Positions 1-9,752 of a stretch of DNA of 64,000 bases are shown here, piece by piece. Source of the DNA: a virus; IMG/VR virus record IMGVR_UViG_3300023179_009503, positions 10,615 through 74,614 of that record, one strand, 5' to 3'. The notes below the pieces were generated by a model. That model did not search any database, was not told the DNA's origin, and saw only the letters and a program-made list of their open reading frames with translations. A program made the position numbers and the translations under genes. How positions within the stretch are numbered: position 1 is the first letter of the stretch; each line of letters begins with the position of its first letter.

Positions 1-1104
1 AGCAAGGCCTATACTTTCTGAAATGGTCTTTAGCCCCGGATCAGTTATTTCATACCCTTCTCTATTTAACTGAGTTGCAGTTATAACTGGGCAATTAAAG
101 CTATAGGATAGAGCTCTAAGTTGTTCGGTGCAAATTTTTACTCTTTCATAGCTAGAATCACCCATAGTTGAGTGTAACAAGTTAACATAATCAAGTACAA
201 TTGCGTCTATTTTAATACCTTTTTGTGCAAGCTTTTTAATAAAGGCTTTTAGATTGTTAGGGGTAATAGTAGCTGGTGGAAATTCTTTAATAATAATTTT
301 TGCATTAGGATTCTCAATGCAATATTCACCAATCTGCGACTTTAGAGATTCAGATTCTAATTTAAGCTGACTTAACGGTATCTTAGATACACTAGATACT
401 AATCTTTTAGCATAAATTATTTCAGGCATTTCTAAAGATACAAGTAAGACTGTTCTCCCTTGTTCAGCTATATTAATAGCTACATTACCTAAGAAAATAC
501 TCTTACCAATATTAGTTTCACCTGCAAACAAATATAATGCTCTACCATCCTCTAAAAACCCACCACCTATTTTATCATCTAACCATTTCCACTTAGAAGG
601 AATATATTTTTCGTTTGAATTTAAATCTTGAATAACTCGATCAAGATCAGCATACAAATCTAATCCTATTTCGGTGGTTAAAGATATATTACATGCTTTT
701 TCAAACTTTGATAAAATCTTAGATGTGTCTACTGTATTTTTATTAATATCATCTACAACGTCCATCATCGTATGGTACACAGATTTTTCCTTAATAAATG
801 TTTCTGTATTTGCAGATAGCTCATCATTATTAAAATTCTTATCAAGATTATTAAACTGTGTTACCACTGCTTTAAATGAATTTTTAAGATCATCATTAAC
901 AAGGTATGATTTTATTTCAGTAAGTGTTGGACAAGCGTTTCTCTTCTCGTAAAAGTCTCTAATAATTGTAAAGATTGCTTTAATATCTTTATTTTTAAAA
1001 AAAATCGGCTTTATATGATCAACAATAGATGCCAGATAAGTTTCATCAGTTAACGACTTATAAGCAATAACAGTTTCAAAAAAGTCTAAATCTAGCTTAA
1101 CCAT
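1..1104 (-). CDS. gp41: Replicative DnaB-like helicase (T4 gp41-like), truncated by window edge
   Basis: Not in ORF track. Read manually from ATG at 1104: MVKLDLDFFETVIAYKSL..., Walker A FAGETNIGKS, VSLEM, IIKEFP, VLDYVNLL. Runs off the left edge. Confidence 0.93.
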   Translation of the reverse strand, partial: MVKLDLDFFETVIAYKSLTDETYLASIVDHIKPIFFKNKDIKAIFTIIRDFYEKRNACPTLTEIKSYLVNDDLKNSFKAVVTQFNNLDKNFNNDELSANTETFIKEKSVYHTMMDVVDDINKNTVDTSKILSKFEKACNISLTTEIGLDLYADLDRVIQDLNSNEKYIPSKWKWLDDKIGGGFLEDGRALYLFAGETNIGKSIFLGNVAINIAEQGRTVLLVSLEMPEIIYAKRLVSSVSKIPLSQLKLESESLKSQIGEYCIENPNAKIIIKEFPPATITPNNLKAFIKKLAQKGIKIDAIVLDYVNLLHSTMGDSSYERVKICTEQLRALSYSFNCPVITATQLNREGYEITDPGLKTISESIGLA

Positions 1105-1124
1105 TATTTAATAATATATTAAGT

Positions 1125-1817
1125 TTACACAGAATCAATGTCACTATATTCCTCTAGGAATTTTTCTTGACTATTAACAAAATTTGAATCATCAAAGCTC
1201 AGCAACCCCGGAGAAGAATGAACGACCCATATAGGGACAACCCCTATTTTAAGCTTTTTATTGTTAGCATCAATACAGCTAGCTATGTCATAATGATGAA
1301 ATCTATAATTTTCATTAAACTTCCAATCTTTATTTAAATAACATTCTGTTTTAACGCTGATAAATAGGCCATCTATAATTGCTACACGAGATGGTGTTGG
1401 GCCAAAATTTGTCATGCCTATCTGATCTTTATTAACTTTATGTGCTACCGCTCCTCTTAGATTACCACCATGAAACCCTCCACACATTAAATGCCAAAGA
1501 GCGGGTTGCTTGATAACAGGATTAAGGCCACCTGCTATACCTACTATATCAAACGTTTGATGCGCATTTTCAAGCTTGCTTACAACACCTAAATCATCAA
1601 CATAAACATCATCATGAAGAAAAACAATATTATCAAATTCTTCTGCATGAAGCTTGAGAGTATTATTATATTTCTCGCTTAATCCAATTTTATTATTTGT
1701 ATCGTAAAAAATATCGAACTTCCAAGGTGTCGTACTTTTTATTCTTGAAAGTGACTTAAACGCGTACGTTTCTTCTGCTTCTTTACATTTAGTGCAAAAA
1801 TAAAAAGCTGTTTTCAC
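1125..1817 (-). CDS. Glycosyltransferase family 2-like protein
   Basis: GT-A motifs VFLHDDV, IDGLF, FHHYDI...C. Confidence 0.75.
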   Translation of the reverse strand: MKTAFYFCTKCKEAEETYAFKSLSRIKSTTPWKFDIFYDTNNKIGLSEKYNNTLKLHAEEFDNIVFLHDDVYVDDLGVVSKLENAHQTFDIVGIAGGLNPVIKQPALWHLMCGGFHGGNLRGAVAHKVNKDQIGMTNFGPTPSRVAIIDGLFISVKTECYLNKDWKFNENYRFHHYDIASCIDANNKKLKIGVVPIWVVHSSPGLLSFDDSNFVNSQEKFLEEYSDIDSV

Positions 1818-2497
1818 GGGGTAAAAAACGGTGAGTTGGTTTGAAATACGCCTACCGAAGTAATACCTTCTTTAGTTAGAAGATACAAAACACCTTCCTC
1901 AAGAGCTACAAATTCCTGCTCTTTTAAAGAAGAAAAATCGTTTGACAAAAAATTTGCAAATACAGTACTCCCGGATCTAGCAAGAAATATATTTGCAGAT
2001 TTTTGATTATAAATCCATAAACCGAACGTACCTTTTAGCTTTGACAACGCTTTACAAATTCCTGCAACCTCATCATCTAAATCTTTAACATGCTGGTTAA
2101 TAAATGGAGCTATAACCGAAGAATCCACCACATTATAAGCTTTCTTATCTTTAATTTGTTTCTTAAGTTCTTTATCGTTTGTTAAAACACCGTTATGTGC
2201 GATTATCCAATCTTTGTATTGAAATGGATGTGATGTGTTAGGTGAAAATGCTCTTTTCTCAGAAGTAGGTGCTTGTGTATGGCCTAAAAAAGTATCAAAA
2301 TCTGTTATACTCTTCTTTTTTTTGCCATACTCTATTACTAATTTATTAGATAAATTAGCGGTACCTGGTGTCTTTAAAATAGCATGAAGTTTCGATCCAA
2401 TTAATAAACCTCCATAAGAAAACGTACCACGTTTCTTATTGCTCTTATAAAGCTTTACATAAGTTGTAAAGTCTTTAGAACCAAATATACCGCAAAT
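1814..2497 (-). CDS. Class II (Ntn) glutamine amidotransferase, apparent ATT start
   Basis: Frame is open upstream of the 1814..2131 ORF: ATT-CGIFG...KRG...GHTQAPT...SHPF...AHNG...VDS. N-terminal Cys is the Ntn nucleophile. AGGAGG lies 8 nt upstream. No in-frame ATG/GTG/TTG upstream before the next in-frame stop. Confidence 0.85.
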   Translation of the reverse strand: MCGIFGSKDFTTYVKLYKSNKKRGTFSYGGLLIGSKLHAILKTPGTANLSNKLVIEYGKKKKSITDFDTFLGHTQAPTSEKRAFSPNTSHPFQYKDWIIAHNGVLTNDKELKKQIKDKKAYNVVDSSVIAPFINQHVKDLDDEVAGICKALSKLKGTFGLWIYNQKSANIFLARSGSTVFANFLSNDFSSLKEQEFVALEEGVLYLLTKEGITSVGVFQTNSPFFTP

Positions 2498-2544
2498 AGC
2501 TATAACCTCCTGATTTATTATAATATAAAGAATAAATAATTCAA
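2498..2544 (-). promoter_or_regulatory. Sigma70-like promoter plus Shine-Dalgarno of the amidotransferase
   Basis: TTGAAT-N16-TATAAT, then AGGAGG-N8-ATT. Confidence 0.7.
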
Positions 2545-2545
2545 G

Positions 2546-3448
2546 ATGAACAAAGATACAAAGCTCATTTTCGAAGCGTATTTAACTAACAAACCTAAGG
2601 TTTTAAAAGAAGCACCTATATATGCTGACGAACTAGGGTATACCGGCGATATTGAAAAGGCACCTGGCAAAGGCTATGGAATAGGTAAAACAGCTGCAAA
2701 AGAAGGTAAAACAAAAGCAGAAATTGCAAACCGTTTACTTCAAGCAATACAGACAAAGCTCTTTAAACCTGCAGTTCATACTATAGATGGTAAAGAATAT
2801 AAACTTTATTATCCGGGATCAAAAATGAAATTTAGAACAGATCTAGAAAATTTAATTAAAAACGAACTCAAGCTCGGTGGTACTGAAGCAAGATACACTG
2901 CTAGAATAGTTGACAATTTGTTAAACGTTTTAAGAGTAGATGTAGAAGGTGGTGCAGCGGCTAGCCCTGCGCAAGTCAAGCAAGCTGTTACCTCTGGAGT
3001 AGAGGGTAAGAAAGTAGTTGCTCCCGGCACACCTGGTACTTCACCTGCAACACCAGCTCCTACAACAAATACTTTTATAAAAAACGATGTTAGGTTCATT
3101 AAAGAATGGATGCCAATCTTTAATGAATTGCCTGATGAAATAACTGTATCTGGTGGTGGCGATATTTATACTTCACCTGAGCTTAAAAAAGAAGTAGAAG
3201 AGGCTATTATTCGCGCTTATGATGAAAAGATGGCTAAAGACAGCGAAATGGTACAGGACTTTATTGATTCATTAAAATTTAAAAATAGTTTTTCACCTTC
3301 ATCTGAGAAAAAAGAAGGCGAGGGTACCGGTGAAGTGGAAACTGTAGAAGAATATCCTGAAGAAGACGAACCTACTTCAATTGCAAGAGAGCTAGGCTAT
3401 AAAGGCGGAAGAAGCTTCGACGAATTTGACAAATATAGTACTAATTAA
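2546..3448 (+). CDS. Hypothetical protein, probable virion-internal protein
   Basis: 300-aa ORF; TAAATA 7 nt upstream; N-terminus MNKDTKLIFEAY...LKE resembles the propeptides seen elsewhere in the window. Confidence 0.75.
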   Translation: MNKDTKLIFEAYLTNKPKVLKEAPIYADELGYTGDIEKAPGKGYGIGKTAAKEGKTKAEIANRLLQAIQTKLFKPAVHTIDGKEYKLYYPGSKMKFRTDLENLIKNELKLGGTEARYTARIVDNLLNVLRVDVEGGAAASPAQVKQAVTSGVEGKKVVAPGTPGTSPATPAPTTNTFIKNDVRFIKEWMPIFNELPDEITVSGGGDIYTSPELKKEVEEAIIRAYDEKMAKDSEMVQDFIDSLKFKNSFSPSSEKKEGEGTGEVETVEEYPEEDEPTSIARELGYKGGRSFDEFDKYSTN

Positions 3449-3464
3449 ATCTAATAAGCTAGAT

Positions 3465-4220
3465 TTACTTAATCATCTTACACTTATATTTTTCCCAAGG
3501 TATTGAGATTTTATAAGGTAACGGGTCTATATAACCGGAATCTATAAAACCTTTTATTCTCAAAGAGCACGCTGTACACTCTCCACAAGCAATTTGCTCG
3601 CCTTCATAACATGTCCATGTTTCTGCAAAATTAACACCTAATTTTACGCCTAATTTTACTATATCAGCCTTAGATTTTTCAATAAGCGGTGCTTGTACTG
3701 TAATTCTGTTTCTACGATTAAGAGCTGTGAGTTTATTTATTTGAGTTAAAAATTCCTTACTCCCATCCCAATATCCTGCAACACTATCAGCTTGTGCTGC
3801 ACCGTGAAAAATAGTGGAAGCTCCTACATTTTCAGCTATAGCCAGGCTAATACCAAGCATCATTGTATTTCTAAATGGAACGTAATTTACTGTCTGTGGA
3901 TCTCCCATTACATCTTTTGCTTTAGCAACAGGAATTTTAGTATTGAGAAGGGAAGAAATAGAGCAAATATCCTTAAAAAACGGTAATGTAATTATTTTAT
4001 GTATAACGTTCTTTTCACCAATTTTATTTGCAACAGCAGCTAACTGGCGTGTTGCATACACTAATTCCCTGCTATGCTTTTGTCCATAACTAAAGCTAAC
4101 AGCTATAACTTTGTCGTATCTATCTGCAGCAAGATGTAACAATACTGAGCTATCCATCCCCCCGCTAATAGGAACAACTACTTTACTCGACTGGCTCTTC
4201 TTGTTCTTGGTCGTTGGCAT
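3465..4220 (-). CDS. queC: 7-cyano-7-deazaguanine synthase
   Basis: SGGMDS PP-loop, YGQKH, YVPFRN, C-x7-CGECTAC zinc motif. Confidence 0.95.
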   Translation of the reverse strand: MPTTKNKKSQSSKVVVPISGGMDSSVLLHLAADRYDKVIAVSFSYGQKHSRELVYATRQLAAVANKIGEKNVIHKIITLPFFKDICSISSLLNTKIPVAKAKDVMGDPQTVNYVPFRNTMMLGISLAIAENVGASTIFHGAAQADSVAGYWDGSKEFLTQINKLTALNRRNRITVQAPLIEKSKADIVKLGVKLGVNFAETWTCYEGEQIACGECTACSLRIKGFIDSGYIDPLPYKISIPWEKYKCKMIK

Positions 4221-5298
4221 TGTATTTATATTCTTCCGTTAATCTCTTATCAAGCTCAGGTATAATAAACTCTTCATAAAAAGCGGGATCCTTAGCAAAA
4301 GTCTTAGCATATCCTAGTTTATCACCTTTTTTGTATTTACCGCTTGTTACACCAACAGTATATGTTGCACCATTTTGTTCAACGATGCCTCTCACTGCCG
4401 CCATACCAAGAAGACCGCTATACTTGTTTAGACCGGTCTTAAAAGAAAGATACATTTCTGTCTCTAAAAACGGTGGTAGAAAGCGATTCTTAACAGTTAG
4501 AGCGCGAAGTGTTGTACCGCTGTACTTATTGGCTTCTGCAAGCTTTTTATCCTCAGCATCCATAGAATCGCCTTCCCCTTCCTTTTCATGGCGCTTGGCA
4601 AGCTGCACAAGAATACTAGCCATATATACCGGGCCAGAACCACCAGCTTGATTCTTTACTAAGCTCGGAAACATTGAAGCCGGGTCATCATAAGTATGAT
4701 TAGTAAATAAAATCGTCACACCAGCCTTAGCAGCTTTAAAAGTTAGGGTACGGAACATACTCTTTAATGATTTTGCTCTAAGACCCATGTCTGCTGCAGA
4801 TTTATCCTTGGCAACGTCGTCGAGCTCTTTCTGAGAGGCTAAGTTACCAAGACTGTCAATACTAATAATAAACTTACCCCGAGCATCATTTTCAATAATA
4901 CTATCAAGTAAAGCGCTAACTTGATTACGACACTGATCAATAGTATCTACCGGTACATATTTTACATTTTCAGGATCTAAACCAACACCTTTTGTGCTGT
5001 TCTCATCAATGGCAATCTCGGTATCAAATATAACTGGAGTAAGACCCTTCTTCTGAGCAGTAGCAAGAATCTTATTTACAATAAAAGTCTTACCTGTTTG
5101 ACTAGGACCGGAGAACCCTGTTATTCTCCCCTTAGGAACACCACCAGCCCTACAACTCCCGCCAAGTATAGCGTTAAGAGCGTAGCATCCAGTATCAAAC
5201 CACTCATCAACTTTACTAAGTGCATTTTCGTTTAAAAATGAAGCTTCTGTATTTAATTTGTCTAGTGATGCAAATATCTTATTAAGGTCTTTACTCAT
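4183..5298 (-). CDS. uvsX: RecA-like recombinase
   Basis: DTGCYALNAILGG, Walker A GPSQTGKT, IDSLGNL, FTNHTY, VKNRF. Confidence 0.93.
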   Translation of the reverse strand: MSKDLNKIFASLDKLNTEASFLNENALSKVDEWFDTGCYALNAILGGSCRAGGVPKGRITGFSGPSQTGKTFIVNKILATAQKKGLTPVIFDTEIAIDENSTKGVGLDPENVKYVPVDTIDQCRNQVSALLDSIIENDARGKFIISIDSLGNLASQKELDDVAKDKSAADMGLRAKSLKSMFRTLTFKAAKAGVTILFTNHTYDDPASMFPSLVKNQAGGSGPVYMASILVQLAKRHEKEGEGDSMDAEDKKLAEANKYSGTTLRALTVKNRFLPPFLETEMYLSFKTGLNKYSGLLGMAAVRGIVEQNGATYTVGVTSGKYKKGDKLGYAKTFAKDPAFYEEFIIPELDKRLTEEYKYNANDQEQEEPVE

Positions 5299-5340
5299 AG
5301 ATACAGTATAAAAGCTGTCTCGAGAAAAACAAGTATAAAA

Positions 5341-5697
5341 TTATTCGTCGAACAATTTAATTACCGGCGCAGATTCTTTTGCAGGGGTTGCAACAGGAGC
5401 GGAAAAAAGCTTGTTATATTGTTCAACTAGCCTCGGATCATTGTCAATTTCAACACCAAGAACTATTGTATTGAGGTTAAACTTCCAAACGGTACCGTTA
5501 GACTTTGACTTTTCACCAACAAACTCCCTAAAGAAAAGTGGAATTGTCTGAACGTTTAACTGCCCGTTCTGCGTAGGTTGCACGTGAATAATGGCAGGAT
5601 TTTTTACAGTAAGGTGTGTCTTATCCTGGTCAACTAGAGTCGCCAGCATGGTTCTGCCAATATGATCTATAAATGTTACAATATTCTCTTTGCTCAT
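5341..5697 (-). CDS. Hypothetical protein (small beta-rich) in replication block
   Basis: 118-aa ORF between gp43 and uvsX, same strand. Confidence 0.75.
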   Translation of the reverse strand: MSKENIVTFIDHIGRTMLATLVDQDKTHLTVKNPAIIHVQPTQNGQLNVQTIPLFFREFVGEKSKSNGTVWKFNLNTIVLGVEIDNDPRLVEQYNKLFSAPVATPAKESAPVIKLFDE

Positions 5698-5727
5698 GTA
5701 GTTATATTATGATATAATCAATTAAAA

Positions 5728-8316
5728 TCAACTCTCTTTTAACAAATCAAATAAATCAGTTTGTACTTGTGTACCTGGCGACTGAAGCTTCCAGTTTACG
5801 GCTTCATAAAAGCGTTCAATGACTGAAAAAATAATCTTTTCAAACATCATTTCATGGTTTGGTTCAAATGTATCGCTGAACTCTTTTGGAAATGTATACT
5901 TGTAGCCGATAGTGTTAATGCCAAATTTATTGGGTTGCTTTGCATAAAAATATCTTACCTTATCTCCGGAAGAAATCTTTTCATACTTCTTTCCGGTATT
6001 AAACCTATCTAAAAGTATATTATAAAAATAAGCAGCTTTTACATGTATAGGCATATGTTTAGCTGTCTTAAACCCATCACACATTGCGGAGTATTTTTCA
6101 TAGCCTTTAATACCCATTACAAAAGAAATATCTTCGATTTTAAGATTTTTAAATATTTCATACGTTTCGTTAAAAATTTTATTAGTCTGACCTAGGTCTT
6201 TTGTGAGTAGCATTGTCTCAATAATTTTCTTCACGTATGGTTTAATAGGCGCAGGCATTGTTGTTCTTACAACTTCGACTCCCGTATACTTAAACTTACT
6301 ACAGGGTATGCCTTCTTCATCAAGTACGCGTAAAACATATCTCTTTTTTTGTAAAAAGATTCCCGTATCAGCTATAGCTTCTCTCTTAAAGTTTAACCTA
6401 CAGTCAATAGAACCCAATGCAGTTTGACCCCAAACCTTAATATTTTTATTCAAATAATCTTCAATATCTTGAACTTCTTTATAGTATTCAGGTGTTACTT
6501 TACCCTTACTATCTAGCATTCTAAGACCTGTTTTTTCAACTATACTTTTTATAGAAATGTACGAGCTATCTGTATCATTATAGATAATTGGAGTATTCTT
6601 TAATATATCTTCGTCTGTCATCCCTGTCTTACTCTTTACATATTCCTCAAGTAATCTGTTAGATTCTTTAATAACTGCTTGACCTGTTAATGTGATGCTT
6701 TCGGCTAGCTGATCGTCACCAAGAGGGCTATGTTTATTACCAAAGTAGCCATAGATAGTGTTAATTAAGATCTTAATTGTATGCTGAGTAATATTTAGAT
6801 TATCAATTTGACGTTTAAGTTGCTTGTATTCATCAGATCCCTTCTCAAGAGTAATAATCTTTTTCTTTAACAGCTTAAGCTGTCTCTTAATCTCTACCCT
6901 CTTCTTATAATAATGGTCTACTGTCTCAGGTATAATACCTTTTTCTTTCTGAGTAAACAATACTTTAGCTTTAGAAATAGCTATCTTTTCTTTCTTAATA
7001 AAGTCGATAAAATGCTGAGGGGTAAGCTTAAATTCCTGCCCGTTAACATGTTGTATAGTTATCTCCTTATCTGTTTTCTCTGTTATGACTCCAACTTTTG
7101 TTTCGGGGGAGAGGTTCAAAGTAATCATTACGTTTGGATACAGACTATTCGCATCAAAAGAAACAATATTTTCTTGAAATCCTTTTAAAGGCTCGCCTAC
7201 ATAAGCACCTGCGTTCTGCTCATCACTATGTACTTCTTTGTTAAATGTTGGTATTCGCTGGTCGCGTGTTCTCGCTCTAATAGCACATAAACCGGTTATA
7301 ACTGATAATGAGCCAAGAGCGCCTTCAAATGTTGTGAGCCCAGCATAAGCTATCATCCTCAATAGCTCTAAGTATTGAAGTTTTTCTTCAAGTCTAACTA
7401 GAAGATTTACGTCTTGAATGTTATATTCAACAAATAATTCCCAATTATCATCTGCAAGGCTAGTTAAATTAGTATCACCATAATCAATTTTATTTTCACC
7501 TAGCTCTATTTCACCAATTGCATCTAGCTTATAAGACTCCCGTAGTGTAGGGCAAAATCTTTTGTAGATATCTAGATAATCCACACAAGATACACCTTCT
7601 ATATGCCAATGTACTTGCTCTCTACCAAACTTACCTTTAAACATGATAGGTCGTATATAACCTACGGGGGATAACTTTTTTGTTTCATCTTCACCTAGTA
7701 TTCTTGTAATACGGTTAATAATATACGGCACGTCGAAGAATTCGCTATTCCACCCAGATAAAATATCAGGATAATCAGATGTAAAAAAGCTAAGAAACTT
7801 TGTAAGTAAATCCTTTTCAGTCTTGCAGTATATGTAGAGGCCATTATCTAAAGCTTTATGATAAGCTTTAAGCCCCCAGGTTATAAATTTCTTTTTAACA
7901 GTATCGTATACTGTAATAATATTAATCGGGTGAGTTGGGTCTTCGGGTTTAGGAAACTCATCAGGGCTGTAGGTCTCAATATCAATAAAAAGCACTCTTA
8001 TAGGGTGTTGAGTAAAATTATCCTTTTCGTTATGCTCCCAAAAATTATCAATTAAAAATTGCTGTTGAATATTTAAATTTTCAAATACACGAACTATTTT
8101 ATTATCCTTTAAATATCTTGCTCGTTCGGCTTGATTCTTAAATCGCTTCTTCTTTAACTTGGTGTTAAAAATGCTTGTACAATCCGGATGATTATTAGTC
8201 TCAAGATAAATGTAAGGCTCGTAAGTAGTATCTAAGGCTACGCGTTTACCGTCCTGATCCCAGGTAAACAAACGCATAAGCTGCTCTCTAGGCAAGTATG
8301 CAACATTTCTGTACAC
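5728..8316 (-). CDS. gp43: Family B DNA polymerase (T4 gp43-like)
   Basis: Exo DIET, GWNSEFFD; Pol SFDANSLYP, KILINTIYG, YNDTDS, KKRY; GTG start; no intein-sized insertion. Confidence 0.97.
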   Translation of the reverse strand: MYRNVAYLPREQLMRLFTWDQDGKRVALDTTYEPYIYLETNNHPDCTSIFNTKLKKKRFKNQAERARYLKDNKIVRVFENLNIQQQFLIDNFWEHNEKDNFTQHPIRVLFIDIETYSPDEFPKPEDPTHPINIITVYDTVKKKFITWGLKAYHKALDNGLYIYCKTEKDLLTKFLSFFTSDYPDILSGWNSEFFDVPYIINRITRILGEDETKKLSPVGYIRPIMFKGKFGREQVHWHIEGVSCVDYLDIYKRFCPTLRESYKLDAIGEIELGENKIDYGDTNLTSLADDNWELFVEYNIQDVNLLVRLEEKLQYLELLRMIAYAGLTTFEGALGSLSVITGLCAIRARTRDQRIPTFNKEVHSDEQNAGAYVGEPLKGFQENIVSFDANSLYPNVMITLNLSPETKVGVITEKTDKEITIQHVNGQEFKLTPQHFIDFIKKEKIAISKAKVLFTQKEKGIIPETVDHYYKKRVEIKRQLKLLKKKIITLEKGSDEYKQLKRQIDNLNITQHTIKILINTIYGYFGNKHSPLGDDQLAESITLTGQAVIKESNRLLEEYVKSKTGMTDEDILKNTPIIYNDTDSSYISIKSIVEKTGLRMLDSKGKVTPEYYKEVQDIEDYLNKNIKVWGQTALGSIDCRLNFKREAIADTGIFLQKKRYVLRVLDEEGIPCSKFKYTGVEVVRTTMPAPIKPYVKKIIETMLLTKDLGQTNKIFNETYEIFKNLKIEDISFVMGIKGYEKYSAMCDGFKTAKHMPIHVKAAYFYNILLDRFNTGKKYEKISSGDKVRYFYAKQPNKFGINTIGYKYTFPKEFSDTFEPNHEMMFEKIIFSVIERFYEAVNWKLQSPGTQVQTDLFDLLKES

Positions 8317-8350
8317 AAATATATTATAACTACTTTAAATAAAAGTACAA
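8317..8350 (-). promoter_or_regulatory. Sigma70-like promoter of gp43 (leaderless)
   Basis: TTGTAC-N16-TATAAT-N6-GTG. Confidence 0.65.
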
Positions 8351-8530
8351 TTATAAATGCAGTACTATTTTAAAAAGTACAATAGCTGAACAAATAGCTG
8401 CGACTAAGCTTGTAAATGTTCTTAGTAATTCAAGTTTATGATTATGCCTATCAACCCAAATCTCAACTAAGTCTCTTAGCCGGCCTTCTTCTTCTAGCTG
8501 TCTAATTTCTTTTTTAGTTAACTTTCTCAT
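8351..8530 (-). CDS. Small membrane protein (59 aa)
   Basis: Below ORF-track cutoff: MRKLTKKEIRQLEEEGRLRDLVEIWVDRHNHKLELLRTFTSLVAAICSAIVLFKIVLHL; ATGA overlap with upstream gene; C-terminal hydrophobic helix. Confidence 0.7.
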   Translation of the reverse strand: MRKLTKKEIRQLEEEGRLRDLVEIWVDRHNHKLELLRTFTSLVAAICSAIVLFKIVLHL

Positions 8531-9744
8531 AGGTTGTTAATTTTATTTAACAATTTTCTATTAGGATGTCCATAAGGCAAGGTGTAAAGTTCAACATATT
8601 TGTTTATGTTGTCTTCATTTTCAAGCCATCTATCTTCAGCAACTTTTCTATATTTCGCACACATATTCATATATTTGCCCTTTTTAGCCAACGTCTCCTC
8701 TATACACCCGATCATTTCATCACCTGTATTAAATTTAATAGGTGCATTGCTATAAGTAACTAAATCTTGACAAGCAACGGGTAAGCCGTAGCAGCAAGCT
8801 TCAATATACTTTAAATCGCTTTTAGCTTTATTAAATGTGTTGTTTTGAAGGGGAGCGACCATCATATTAACTTTGAGATTAAAGATCTTTTCTGGGTATG
8901 AATAAAGTTGCTGCCAAGTATGAAATTCGAGATCACCATTCTGCACATAAGGTTTTAAAGGTAGAGGAAACGCACCTAAGAATACCCACTGATACTTCTT
9001 TCTAGTTTTTATAATAGCGTCAATAACATGATAAAAATCATCATTCTGATTTACTCTATTATCAACATCAAAGTGAGCACCTGATCCTGCATATAATATT
9101 CTAGGCCTGCTTGAATATTCATCAAAATTAGATGAAATGCGCTTTTCATCGTAATAATTACCCATCCAAAACTTGGGAGGATAATTGGGTATAACCGTTA
9201 TATTCTTGTTAGCGGTCTTACCGAGGTAATACTCCTTCATAAAATCACATGTAACTGTAATTTCATCGCACAGCTCCATGATCTCTTGTGCGGTTTTTCT
9301 AATACTAGGATCAGTAAATGCAGGTTTAAATTTATTATACTCAGGAATATCTTCACTAAAAACTAAATCATCAATTTCATATACCATTCTAAATCCAACT
9401 TTTTGACTTAGTTCTTTTAAAAACTTTACAAATTTAAGCTGGCTAACAGTAGCTTGTCTTTGTATTCTAACGCATTCAGTACCACGGTAATAATTAGGAT
9501 CAAAACACATTACTGTACTACCGTGTACAACTAATTTTTGATGCGCATTTAAAACGTGTTCAGGCCATATCATTCTCCAAAACCCGCACCCGCTATAATC
9601 TGCATAATAGTTTTGCACTCTTTTTAAATCGAGCTCGGGTGGACGCGGGAGAGCGTCTTGAGAGGTGGGTTGCGCTGTACGACCGAAAGGAGAAGCAATA
9701 GGATTAGCAAAAGGCGAAACAAAAGGAGACGCAAAGGGTAGCAT
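8527..9744 (-). CDS. GT-B fold glycosyltransferase
   Basis: GCGFWRMIWP, YEIDD, VIPNY, APLQNNTFNKAKSDLKYIE motif typical of phage GT-B enzymes. Confidence 0.8.
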   Translation of the reverse strand: MLPFASPFVSPFANPIASPFGRTAQPTSQDALPRPPELDLKRVQNYYADYSGCGFWRMIWPEHVLNAHQKLVVHGSTVMCFDPNYYRGTECVRIQRQATVSQLKFVKFLKELSQKVGFRMVYEIDDLVFSEDIPEYNKFKPAFTDPSIRKTAQEIMELCDEITVTCDFMKEYYLGKTANKNITVIPNYPPKFWMGNYYDEKRISSNFDEYSSRPRILYAGSGAHFDVDNRVNQNDDFYHVIDAIIKTRKKYQWVFLGAFPLPLKPYVQNGDLEFHTWQQLYSYPEKIFNLKVNMMVAPLQNNTFNKAKSDLKYIEACCYGLPVACQDLVTYSNAPIKFNTGDEMIGCIEETLAKKGKYMNMCAKYRKVAEDRWLENEDNINKYVELYTLPYGHPNRKLLNKINNL

Positions 9745-9752
9745 AACTAATA

